Part shown: positions 1 through 11,345 of the stretch, piece after piece
How positions within the stretch are numbered: position 1 is the first letter of the stretch
Layout: each line of letters begins with the position of its first letter
Assembly: GCF_964213995.1 (NCBI RefSeq)
Contig: NC_135817.1
Location: forward strand, 73,966,001-74,030,000
Length of the DNA stretch: 64,000 nt
Reading direction: 5' to 3'
Source: Mustelus asterias
Lineage: Eukaryota
Program-made: the position numbers and the translations under genes
Notes under the pieces: model-generated
What the model saw: the letters and a program-made list of their open reading frames with translations, nothing else
Databases searched by the model: none
Told to the model about the DNA's origin: nothing

Positions 1-129
1 ACTTTATGATTATCCTTTAGAAGTTAATCAGCATATTTTTTCTGGATTATGATGAGCACTCACCATGCCTTGGTAACCACCTCACTCAAAAGACTATCAT
101 TGATATAGAGATCTAACACCAGAACAACT

Positions 130-360
130 GCACCAGTTCAGTCTTCTAGAAATTGTGGCAGCATGTGTTTGAAAAGCCCTCCACAAGTCAACTAAAGTTC
201 TAGTAAAAGGAATAGTTGTCACCACAGTCTCTGTGCTACATGAAACCTGGACTGTGTACTAGAAATACATAGGAACATGAGAAAAACTCCATCAGCAATG
301 CCTTCTCCGTGCGTCTTCTGGATTCAATGGGAGGATCAACGGACAACTTTAGCATCCTAG
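130..360 (+). mobile_element. Decayed RTE-like LINE fragment
   Basis: Remnant peptide ...ETWTVY...LHQQCLLR... resembles the RTE C-terminal motif ETWT..R...FHQRCLR. Confidence 0.45.
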
Positions 361-1194
361 GAAAGAGGCAAAGTTTTTACCTCTTGTGCTTGCTTGGGAA
401 GGTGCTCTGGGAGGGGTTTTTGAGGTGATTGGAAAATGGATCAGGAGAGAATGATTCCTTTGGAATGCTGAGGGAAGGGATGACATGTTCAGTTGTGGCA
501 TCGCACTAAAGGTGACAGAAATAACTGAGGATGATCTGTTGTAATGTCAGAGATCCTTGGGTACCAGCAACCTTAGGCACACTTAGTCAACTCTTAATAT
601 GAACAGCACTGGACACCATGCGTCCAATGCAGGTTCTTTAATTACTTGTGCACAAGGAGAATTCCCCTCCCCCAATGGCTGGAGTGGTTCTGACGTTGCA
701 GAGAAATAACTCATCAGTTATAGTCAATTGCAGCAAATCAGAAACAAGCATTTTGTTCATTTCCTTTATTGACGGACATATTTGCCAATTAAATCCTGGC
801 TTTTCGCCCTCTCATTCGATGAAAAATCGACTTTTGCTAATCCTTAATTTGAATAGCATATCCCCATTTCTCGTCTTTGGTATTTGTTGTGGAAAAAATC
901 TGGTCTTGCTCACCCTCCGGTGAAGGTCAAAAGGCAGAATGTTACGTGGCCGAGTCTCAAGCAGACAGGCTCCCTTGAAGGTCTGCAACTGATAACATTC
1001 TCACAAGCTGTTACAGAGAAGGCATATTTTTTTTTAAATCTGAGCATTTTAACTTCCACAGTAACATCTGCAATGGTACTGAAGACATGCTCCTGAACTT
1101 GCCATGCCCCTTGCCAAGTTATTCCAGTGCAGTTACAACACTGTCATCTACGCAGCAACATGGAAATTGCCCAGGTATGTCCTGTACACAAGAA

Positions 1195-1762
1195 GAGTAA
1201 GCACAGTAAGAAGTTTCACAACACCAGGTTAAAGTCCAACAGGTTTATTTGGTAGCACAAGCTTTCGGAGCACTGTCCCTTCATCAGGTGAGTGGGAGTT
1301 GTATTCACAAACAGGGCATATATAGACACAAACTCAATTTACAAGATAATGGTTGGAATGCGAGTCTTTACAGGTAATCAAGTCTTAAAGGTACAGACAA
1401 TGTGAGTGGAGAGAGGGTTAAGCACAGTTTAAAGAGGTGTGTATTGTCTCCAGCCAGGACAGTTAGTGAGATTTTGCAAGCCCAGGCAAGTCATGAGGGT
1501 TACAGATAGTGTGACATGAACGCAGAATCCCGGTTGAGGCCGTCCTCATGTGTGCAGAACTTGGCTATCAGTTTCTGCGTTGTCGCGTGTTGTGAAGGCC
1601 GCCTTGGAGAACGCTTACCTGAAGATCAGAGGCTGAATGCCCGTGACTGCTGAAGTGTTCCCCGACAGGAAGAGAACACTCCTGCCTGGTGATTGTCGAG
1701 CAGTGTACATTCATCCGTTGTTGTAGCGTCTGCATGGTCTCCCCAATGTACCATGCCTCGGG
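1195..1762 (-). mobile_element. Penelope-like element 3' fragment (GIY-YIG endonuclease C-terminus plus pLTR)
   Basis: WYIGETMQTLQQRMNVH...PVGEHFSSHGHS is a GIY-YIG signature. Flanked by the 9-bp duplication ACACAAGAA (1186-1194 and 1763-1771). Confidence 0.85.
1256..1290 (-). ncRNA. Minimal hammerhead ribozyme-like motif in Penelope pLTR
   Basis: CAC-CTGATGA-A-GGGACAGTGCTCC-GAAA-GC-TT-GTG: both core boxes, stem I CAC/GTG and an imperfect stem II. Confidence 0.55.
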
Positions 1763-2536
1763 ACACAAGAAACAGGACAAATCCAACCCAGCCAATTACT
1801 GCCCCATTAGTCTTCTCATGAACATCAGGAAAATGATGGAATGATCCATCAATAGTACTATCAATCAGCACTAACTCAGAATTAACCTGCTGATTGATGC
1901 TCAGTTTGGGTTCCGCCAAGGTCACTCAGCTATTGACCTAATTACAGCCTTGGTTCAGGCATGGACATAAGAACTGAACTCCAGAGGTGAAGTGAGAGTG
2001 ACTGCCCTTGACATCAAGGCAGCATTTGACCAAGTGTGGCATCAAAGAGCCCTAGCAAAACGAGTCAATCGAAATCAGGGGGAAAATCTTCCGCTGGTTG
2101 GAGTCACACTTGGCACAAAGGAAGATGATTGTGGTGATTGGAGGTCAATTGTCTCAGTTCCAGAACATCATTGCAGGAGTTCCTCAGAGTAGTGTCCTAG
2201 TTGCAACCATCTTCAGCTGCTTCATCAATGATCTTCCTTGCAACATAAGGTCAGAAGTGCAGATGTTCGCTGATAACTGCCCAATGTTCAGCATCATTCG
2301 CAACTCCTCAGATACTGAAGCCGTCCATGCCCAAATACAGTAAGACCTGGTTGTAATGTTTTAATTATGTTAGGGGTGTGGGTTTTAACAGAAAGAAAAG
2401 ATGTGGTTTGCACTCTGTGGATTCAAAGTAGCACAGGGGAATCCTCCATTAAGGAAAAGGAAGATATATTGTAAATGTTGGTGTGGAAAGAGGCATTTTC
2501 AGAACAGAAAGGGAGAATCTGGGAGAATAAAACAGA

Positions 2537-2732
2537 GGGCGGGATTCTCCGGCCACGCTCGCCTCAAAACCGGAGGATCCTGCCTAAGGTCAATGGACTT
2601 TTGTATGGCCCCCCCCCACCCCCCCAACACCGCCAACTCTCCCCCCCACTCCTCACCAACCCTCCCCCCCCCCCTCCCCACACCACCATCTGCTACTATT
2701 CCCATGGCGGGCAGGACGGGAGAATTCTGGCC
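2537..2732. mobile_element. Non-autonomous PIF/Harbinger-like MITE
   Basis: Imperfect TIRs GGGCGGGATTCTCC / GGAGAATTCTGGCC and 3-bp TSD AGA on both sides. Related copies at ~5287-5410 and ~20140-20256. Confidence 0.65.
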
Positions 2733-4021
2733 AGAGTCTTTACGAGAAGAGGAGTGGTGGGGGAGTTGGGGGGGGGGGGGGGGGGTGGGGAGAGCATAAT
2801 CCACACAGAGTTACTGGGCTTACATAGATTTTGGATGACAGCTTGTCCGCAGAAATGGATATAAAGAAGTCAAGGAAGCATAGGGAAGGATCAAAGACAT
2901 ACCATGTGAAAGTGAGGAAAGGGGTGAAATTTGAAACAAAGTCTACAGAGAACTAGACTCAGTTCATGCCTGCTGGGAATCATTGAGCTAATTTCAGTTA
3001 AGAGGATTGTTTTTATAATTTTGTTAAGCAGGGAACTATAAAAATACCACTTTAATTAATTGCTAAAAATTTCATAAAAACTGACCCACATCGCTTTCGC
3101 ACCGTATGAGCACATGACTGTCTTAGCCACACAGTTATTTTTATAAAGGGCGGCATTCAATCTTGCAAAATTCCCAGTACTTTTGAAGTTACTCCAAAGT
3201 CTAAAGATGTCCAGGTTTGGAGGATTGGCCATGCTAACTTGCCCCTTAGTGTCAGGGGGATTAGTGGATGCATACATGGGGTTACGAGGATAGGGCCTGG
3301 ATGGGATTGTTGTTGGTGCAGGCTCGATGTGCCAAATTGTCTCCTTCTGCATTGTAGGGATTCTATGATTCTATTCATTATTTGTATTACTATCCCAAGA
3401 TGTTCACTTGAAATGGTTGCAACATTTGTGAGTGTGTCTTGTAATTACTTTTGACGTATCTGTAAACATGCTAAACTGATTCCTGGGATGGCAAGGTTGT
3501 CGTATCAGGAGAGATTAGGTTGACCGGGCCTGTATTCACTGGAATTTATAAGAATGAGAGGGGATCTAGTTTAAATGCATAATATTCTGACAAGGCTGGA
3601 CAGAGTGGATGCAGGAATGTTGTTTCTTCTGACTGGAGGGTCTAGAATAAGGGATCACAGTCTCACGATATGGGGTAGGCCATATTTAGGATAGAGATGA
3701 GGAGAAATTTCTTCAATCAGAGGGTGGTGAACCTATGGAATTCTCTACCATAGAAGGCTGTGGAGGCCAAATCACTGAATGTATTTAAGAAGGAAATAAA
3801 TAGATTTAAAGTTTATTTATTAGTGACGCAAGTAGGCTTACATTAACACTGCAATGAAAATCCCCTATTCGTCACACTCCGGTGCCTGTTTGGGGGAAAA
3901 TTTAGCATAGCCAATGCACCCAACCAACTTATCTTTCGGACTGTGGGAGGAAACCAGAGCACCTGGAGAAAACCCATGCAGACATGGGGAGAACGTGCAG
4001 AATCCACACAGACATTTGCCT

Positions 4022-5240
4022 ATAATCGGTGTTGTTTATTATTGCAAAGGTAGGTGTGTGTCGCTAAACCTCCATTAGTGTGTGGTCAATTTAAAGGAAC
4101 TACCAGCAGGCCTTCATGGGTTTAAACAAAAAGGATTATTTTATTCACACACTCACCCCGAAAGATCTAAACACTACATCAATCAAACACTACACACTCA
4201 AGAATGATACAATTAAAGAAGTTTGATACATCTACAAGTATTAAACCAAAAAAATCATTAACTGCTCATGTGTCTTTGTAAGCCCATTGAAAAAGGAAGG
4301 TTTTCCCACTCTTGAATTGTAGTTCTAATAATTTCATGTGACTGAATATCAGGATTAATGCAGGATTCCTTCAAAGAGAAGGAAAGTTTATTTATTAATC
4401 ACAAGTAAGGCTTACATTAACACTGCAATGAAGTTAGTGTAAAATTCCTCTAGTCGCCAGAGTCTGGTGCTTGTTCAGGTCAATGCACCTAACCAGCACG
4501 TCTTTCAGAATGTGAGAGGAAACCGGGGGAAACCCACGCAGACAACGTGCAAACTCCACACAGACAGTGACCCAAGCCAGGAATCGAACCCGGGTCCCTG
4601 GCACTGTGAGGCAGCAGTGCTAACTGCTGTGCTACTGTGCCGCCTCAGGTCATGAAGTCAGAAATCCGTGGCTGTTGTAGGTCTAATTTCTTTATAGATT
4701 AACTCAGAGCTTTGAAATCAAAAGGCAGTTTTTTTTGGAAGATTCGTAAGCCTCTCAGTTCTTAAAAGGCAAATGTGGCTGTGTTCTTGTCAATGTTATT
4801 CTGCAGTCTTCCCCTAGGTCTCTTCTGCGTATTGGGATAAAAGGATTTCAGTATCAGAGAGCCAGTTTTAGTCACATGATCAATGGTCATTTAGGTACAA
4901 TAGAAGATTTCTTTTTATACCTAACTTGTAGATAACTGGCTTCATCAGCTTTCATTTGTTATATTGAAAATTTGGAATCAGAGAGTCTCGGAGTCCATTG
5001 GCTCTGTGTTTTGGAGTATGCTTCAAGCAATACCAGGTGTGAATTCCACAAACGAGTGTTGTCTAGGCATGTCCATTCAAAGGGGAAACCTCACCCAGTA
5101 TGATTTAATTTGGAACTTTCTGGAAGCTTGATAGTCTTGGTTGAAGTTGCAGATGTCACCTGACTCCCTTAGCTGCCATCTTAATAGTTTATCAGTGTCC
5201 ATTTTTAAATAAATAAGGACAGTTCTGGAAGCTTCCATAC
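4022..5240 (-). repeat. Diverged ~1 kb LTR-like repeat (second copy at ~55690-57030), interrupted by an HE1 SINE
   Basis: Colinear shared blocks with 55690-57030: CAATTTAAA..ACCAGCAG, GGAAG..TTT..CACTCTTGAATTGTA, CCTGACTC..GCCATCTTA, GAAGCTTCC. Confidence 0.5.
4384..4644 (-). mobile_element. HE1-like tRNA-derived V-SINE, tail type B
   Basis: Head GGCAC.GTGGTTAGCACTGCTGCCTCACAG...GGTTCGATTCC, V-domain GGGTTTCCTC..., tail ...GTGACTAATAAATAAACTTT-like. Confidence 0.85.
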
Positions 5241-8094
5241 AAGCACAGTCCAAGTTTAATCTGGAAAATTAGGCACCAGACTTAATGGCCAGAATTTTCC
5301 CATCCCGCCGGCCATGGGAATTATAGCCGGTAGGGGGCAGAGCATGCAAAGGTCCATTGACCTCAGACGGGATTCTCTGGTTTTGATGTGAGCGTGGCCA
5401 GACGATAAAACATTGAGTGGATGTCTCCAGCACAACAGGGCCAATCACTGCATCCATGGATATCAACTCCACTGTGAAATCACCTAAAACCAGAACAGCA
5501 CCTCTGTCTGCATAACTCAATATTTCTTTGCAGAACTTCAAGAAATCAAGAAAAAATCCCTACCAAATACAAAGAAAGACCTTCCATCACATTCCTAATT
5601 CTACCTGCCAGCTAGGAAGTGGATTTGGTTAGGTTAGGGCAGACCACCTAGTAAATGTGAGGAAATGAGATCTCTCCAATAATGTCAGCTGGCACCTCAT
5701 GTCCCTCTTCTCCCCAGGATTACCACCTGCTCTGGGGCCCACAAATACTAGACTGTCCTCCCAATGCAGAGAATTTCATAGAATATAAAACATCGTTTGG
5801 CCAAACCAATCATTCTTGGTGTTTATGCTCCAACACAGCTTCCGCCCATTCTTCCTCAATTAACTCCATCAGCATATTCCACCATAAGCTTGCCTTGCGT
5901 CTCCTTAAATGAATCTATATTGTTTGCTTCAATCAGCAAACAACAGAAAAAAAGTGGCTACATGCACAAGGACCTCCCTAGCAATCAACCCTGCTGTCTT
6001 GCATCGATTCCCGGCTTGGGTCACTATCTGCACATTCTCCCCATGTCTGCGTGGGTTTCCTCTGGGTGCTCCAGTTTCCTCCCACAGTCCAAAAGACGTG
6101 CTGATTAGGTACATTGGCCATTCTAATTTCTCCTTCAGTGTACCCGAACATGCGCCGGAGTGTGGCGACTAGGAGATTTTCACAGTAACTTCATTGCAGT
6201 GTTAATGTAAGGCTACTTGTGACAATAATAAATAAACTTTAAACTTTATGGAAATGATTCCTGCTGTTGCCTCAAACTGATTTGGTTTTGGGGAAAACTT
6301 GTGAATATGTTTCAATCTGTTTCTGCAGCTGCATTGCTCTTTTTTCTCAAAGTTATTGTGCCTTTGGGAATTAACAATTAGAAACTTGAGTCCATCTTCA
6401 TCTCAGAACCGTATTAGCTAAAGCCAAAAATTCTCTCTGAGCCAAATAGCTGGAAATTCTGAACACAACAGAGGCCTATTGGAAAGCAGTATTGTAATTC
6501 AAGAGTTTCTTGTAATTTATAAGGACAAAGACAACTGAACTGCTGCATTAGATTGCAGCTGTGTCGTCACAGCTGTACACGATTCCAGTTCTTTTCTGAG
6601 AGCTACTTGTATCTGGTTCTGTTTTGTGACAGTAGCAGCTGTCAGTGCAGGCAGCAACTGCCTAAGCTTTCTACGTCCTTAATGTATGAGGTCTTTTTAA
6701 GTAGACTAATAATTGTGCATTACTGATATGTAGTCGAGGTCTTTTGCTTTTCTGATCTTTTCCAATATTTTGATATGATTTCATTATTCAGGATTTTCTA
6801 AGTCATGATATTCGCACACTATTTTTATTATAATTAACTTCAAGACCTAATCTTCCTCACACTCTGACTACTCTTCTGATTTTTTCAATTGGTTTGGACA
6901 GAGCTTGTCTTGAATGTGACCATTCTATTGCAAAAAAGCAAGATAAATAAAAGCTATACTTTCCTATCTGTTACTATTGGTTAATTTTAAACAGTCAAGA
7001 TGAGCACGATGCACAGCAGGTCCCATTACAATTGCTTTATGCCTTGCTCCAGAGGATTCACTGACCTTAAAATTATATTCTGGGTTTATTTTATTGGTGA
7101 TTCTTAAAACTTAACATTCCTCAATGCAACCACTTTAACTTCTCTAATTTATCTTCATAGTTTATCGCCTTTAAGAGTGGGATCATTCTTGTTTGTTTTT
7201 GCACTCTTAGATTCTCCTGTGATCAGCTGTAATGTCATGGATTAAATAAGCAAAAAATAATAAAGTTGTAATCATGTAATGTTGAATGGTCTGTTGTTAT
7301 AATCTGTGTAACATTATATCAGTACTGGCTGATCTGGCTGTGCGTGCTATGTTTCAAACATATTTCAGTTTCCAACCTCATCCTGAACTTGGCCCTAACA
7401 TTGGCAAAAGAGCTGAATTGCAGAGGTGACTTGAGATTAACTGCCCTAGACATCAAGGCAGCATTTGACCAAATGTAGTATCAAGGATCTTGGTCAAAAT
7501 TTGTAGGAATCAGGGAAAACTTTCCACTGGTTGGAATCATACCTAGTACAAAGGAAAATCAAGAAGAAAACTTCTTACTATTGGTGATGCTGAGAATGCT
7601 ATTAATATTGTGAAATGACACTTCAAAATAAGCAAGCAGTCTGACCTATCAGAGTTTCTAGCTCTGTTAGATTGATGTAACATTGGTGCAAAATAAATAG
7701 ATACAAGTCCTGCACAGAGACGTAGGGGTAGTAGGTAGAAGAGCCTCCAGTCTAAATATTCAACTGAGGGAGACATAAGGTGAAACAAAATCAAAATATT
7801 ACTATAAGAGGAATGCTAAGATACTTCAAGAAATATCCTCCCAGTGATACAGAGCTAATGAAACTCCCTGAACAGGGTCCTTGGAGTGTCAGAGCATGTA
7901 CATGTGTTGTGGCTACAAGATGTTAAGATGTGCAAGTCAGAGACTCATCATAGTGCAAGAATTATCATCAGTTGATTCATGCTGATGAGGTATCTGTCAA
8001 CAAAACTTCTGAGATGTAAGTCTTCTGTAAAATGCAAGACCCTGGTCATCCTCTAATCTGTCCACAGCCTCCAAAGAAAGAGTCAGTTAATGTA

Positions 8095-9050
8095 ATATCT
8101 GTCATAGAAATTGCAGAAATCTTTCATTAAGGAGGTTACAGCAGGACACTTAGAAAATCTCAAGCAAAATCAACATGATTTTGTCAAAGGAAAATCATGT
8201 TTGACAAATTTATTAGAGTTCTTCGAGGAAGTAACAATCAACATGGATGAAGGGGAACCTGTGGATGTACTGTATTTAGATTTTCAGAAGGCATTTGACA
8301 AGGTACCACATCAAAGTTTACAATACAGGACAAGAGCTCATGGCGCAGGGATATCCTACATGGATAGAGGATTGGTTAGCTAACAGGAAGCAGAGAGTAG
8401 GGATAAATGGGTCTTTTTGGTTGACAGGATGTGAAGAGTGGAGCGCTATAGGGATCAATGCTGGGACCTAAGCTGTTTCCATTCATATCAATGACTTGGA
8501 TAAAGGCACCGAATGTATGGTTGCTAAATTTGCTGGTGACACAAATATAGGTAGAAGGTAAGTTGTGAAAAGAACATAAAGAATCTGCAAAGGGATTTAG
8601 CTGGTTAAGTGAGTGGGCAAGTGTTTGGCAGATGGGGTATAATATGGGAAAATGTGAACTTGTCCACTTTGGCAGGAAGAATAGAAAAGCAGCACTTCAT
8701 TTAAATGGAAAGAGATTGCAGAACTCTAAGATGCAGAGAGATCTGGGTGTCCTGGTGCATGAATCAAGAAAAGTTAGCATGTGGGTGCAGCAAGTGATTA
8801 GGAAGGTAAGTGATTAAGAAGTACTGTGTACAGTTTCATTCTCCTAATTTAAGAAATATGCATTAGAAGCAGTTCTAAGAAGGCTCACTCAACTGATACA
8901 TGGGATGGGGGAGTTATCTTATGAGGAATGGTCGGACAAGCTGCACCTATATCCATTGGAGTTTATTTAGAAGATTGAGTGGTGATCTTACTGAAACACA
9001 TAATTTCTGAGGGGACTTGACAGGGTGGATGCTGAAAGGATGGTTCCTTT
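8095..9050 (+). mobile_element. CR1 (HER1-like) LINE RT fragment, decayed
   Basis: QHDFVKGKSCLTNLLEFFEEVT...VDVLYLDFQKAFDKVPH and KCELVHFGRKN, with stops and frameshifts. Confidence 0.85.
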
Positions 9051-9069
9051 GTAACATTCTATTTAAGAA

Positions 9070-9380
9070 AAGTAAAGTTTGTTTATTTATTAGTCACAAG
9101 TAGGCTTACATTCACACTGCAATGAAGTTACTGTGAAAATCCCCGAGTTGTCACATTCTGGCACCTGTTTGGGTACACTGAGGGAGAATTTAGCATGGCC
9201 AATTCACCTAACCAGCACGTCTTTGGACTGTGGGAGGAAACCAGAACACCCAGAGGAAACCCACACAGACACAGGGAGAATGTGCATACTTCACACAGAC
9301 AGTGACCCAAGCCAGGAATCGAACCCAGGTTCCTGGCGCTGTGAGGCAGCACTGCTAACCACTGTGCCACCGTGCTGCCC
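9070..9380 (-). mobile_element. HE1-like SINE, full length, tail type B
   Basis: Same head, V-domain and tail. Further type-B copies at ~3808-4013, 6000-6248, 10213-10493, 14889-15189, 21007-21297, 44559-44845, 49116-49410 and 51428-51697. Confidence 0.88.
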
Positions 9381-9569
9381 GTTCATGGAATTTGCCATAA
9401 GATTCATAAGGTCATGAGTTAGGTGATTCCTTACATTTCTCTCTCTTGTGAAATTTGGTAAGCACAAAAAGCATTGGTAACTCCTCTAAACTATTAAGAG
9501 TACTTCTTATTTTATGTACTTGTATAAAAACTCCTGTACTCTCTATAACAAATTGCAGCTATGCCCGCT

Positions 9570-10660
9570 ATACTAAAGCATTTGCACCACATAGTTGTTG
9601 GGCATCTCCAACAAGAGAGAATCTAACCATCTACCCTTAACCTTCAATGGCATTATCATTGCTGAATTCCCCATTATCAACATTCAGGGGATTACCATTA
9701 ACCAAAAGCTAAACTGGACTGGCCATATATATATATGTACTATGGCAACAAGAGCAGAAAAGAGGTTGGAATTTTGTGACAACTCACCTGATTCCACAAA
9801 GCCTGTTCACCATCTACAAGGAACAAGTCAGGAGTGTGATTGGATATCCCCCCTTGCCTGGATGGTGCAGCTCCAACAACATTCAAGAAGCTTGATACCA
9901 TCCAGGGCAGCCTGCTGATTGGCATCCTATCCACCACATTAAACATTCATTCCCTTCATCACCAGCACAGAGTGGCAGCAGTATGTACCATCCACAAGAT
10001 GCATTGTAGCAAAACTCCTTCAACAGCACCTTCCAAAGCTGCAACCTCTACCACCTAGAAGGACAAGGAAAGCAAATGTATGGGAACACAACCACTTTCA
10101 GGTTCCCCTCCAAACCACAGATCATCCTTTTATCCCTTTCCTTCACTGTTGCTGAGTCAAAATCCTGGAACTCCATGTAAAGCTAATAGCTAGGTTAATA
10201 GAAACAAAAATTTTTTTATTAGTGTCACAAGTAGGTGTGCAATGAAGTTACTGTGAAATCCCCTAGTTGCCACATTCCAGTGCCTGTTTGGGTACACTGA
10301 GGGAAAATTTAGCATGGCCAATCCACCTAACCTGTACATCTTTCGGACTGTGGGAGGAAACCGGAGCACCCAGAGGAAACCCATGCGGACACAGGGAGAA
10401 CATGCAGACTCCACACAGACAGTGACCCAAGCTGGGAATCAAACCTGGGTTCCTGGCATTGTGAAGCAGCAGTGCTAACCACTGTGCCACCCCTGAGTTT
10501 AATTGTGATTGGACATATATCACATTCCTTCTTTGTCAGTGAGTCAAAACCCTGAAACTCCCTACTTAACATCAGTGTGGGAGCACATTGGATTGAAAAA
10601 GTTAATGAAGAATTCTCAAGGTGTGGCCTTGTTAACACTCATATCCTGAAATGTAGAAAA
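9570..10660 (+). mobile_element. CR1-clade LINE 3' fragment split by an HE1 SINE
   Basis: ISNKRESNHLPLTFNG, AAPTTFKKLDTIQ, HSLHHQHRVAAVCTIHKMHCS. Confidence 0.75.
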
Positions 10661-10795
10661 AAGCAATGTCGTAAAAATAACCGAGATGGTAGACTTTTGA
10701 AGATAAAAGTGGGCAAAATAAATGTTAATTTATCCCAGTCTCAAAATCCTTTATAACAAACAAAGCACTCCTAAAATTGGAACATAGCAATGAAA

Positions 10796-11140
10796 TGGGG
10801 AGGTGATGGCCTAGTGTATTATCACTAGACTATTTAATCCAGAAACTCAGCTAATGTTCTGGGGACCAGGGTTTGAATCCTGCCACAGCAGATGGTGGAT
10901 AAACTTTAAAAATTTGAATTCAATAAAATAATCTGGAATGAAGAATCTAGCAGTGGCCATGAAACCATTGTCAATTGTCGGAAAAACCCATCTGATTCAC
11001 TAACGTCCTTTAGGGAAGGAAATCTGCTGTCTTTATGTGGTCTGGCCTACATGTGACTGTAGCGCCACAGCAATGTGGTTGACTCTCAGCTGCCCTTGGC
11101 CAGCCAGCGATGCCCATATCCCACAATGAATACAAAAAAT
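10796..11140 (+). mobile_element. Second tRNA-derived SINE family (GGGGAGG.GATGGCCTAGTGGT head) with CR1-shared tail
   Basis: B-box GGTTTGAATCC. Copies at ~17208-17581, 42523-42880, 45448-45647, 50205-50450, 57217-57550(-) and 58858-59432(-). The tail GGGCAATAAATGCTGG..GCCAGCGA.GCCCA is also seen at CR1 ends (44390-44450, 49835-49900). Confidence 0.75.
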
Positions 11141-11169
11141 CAATCAGGGTTGATCATTTATTTCTTTTC

Positions 11170-11345
11170 TATGAGATTTGGGACAACATTGCTGCTGGAC
11201 TTCAAATATGATTGGAGATCCCTTTTGCATCTTCCTGAGGGGGCAGAACTCATGGAAAGACAGCACCTCCAACAATACAGCATTCCCTCAGTACTGCTCT
11301 GAAGTGTCAGCCTCGATTATGTGGCTGTTGAACCCACAATGTCCT
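11170..11345 (-). mobile_element. SacSINE1/DeuSINE-like remnant
   Basis: Minus strand reads GGCTGACACTTCAGAGCAGTACTGAGGGAATGCTGTATTGTTGGAGGTGCTGTCTTTC, typical of the Deu-domain SINE body as I recall it. Confidence 0.6.

Larger units (their letters stand above)
1075..2350 (+). mobile_element. CR1-clade LINE RT fragment, interrupted by a Penelope insertion
   Basis: WKIAQVCPVHKK|QDKSNPANY, ALDIKAAFDQVWH, AGVPQSSVL...FINDL, MFADN. Confidence 0.85.

Noticed and set aside
540-1015. Possible solo LTR bounded by TGTAA...TTACA
   Set aside because: No matching TSD (TCTGT versus GAGAA) and no second copy in the window, so support is insufficient.
9128-9417. Recurrent ORFs such as MAQWLALLPHSARDPGSIPGLGHCLCG... 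as a multicopy gene family or tRNA genes
   Set aside because: They are translations of HE1 SINE copies. The heads are tRNA-derived but are fused to SINE bodies and do not form complete tRNAs.
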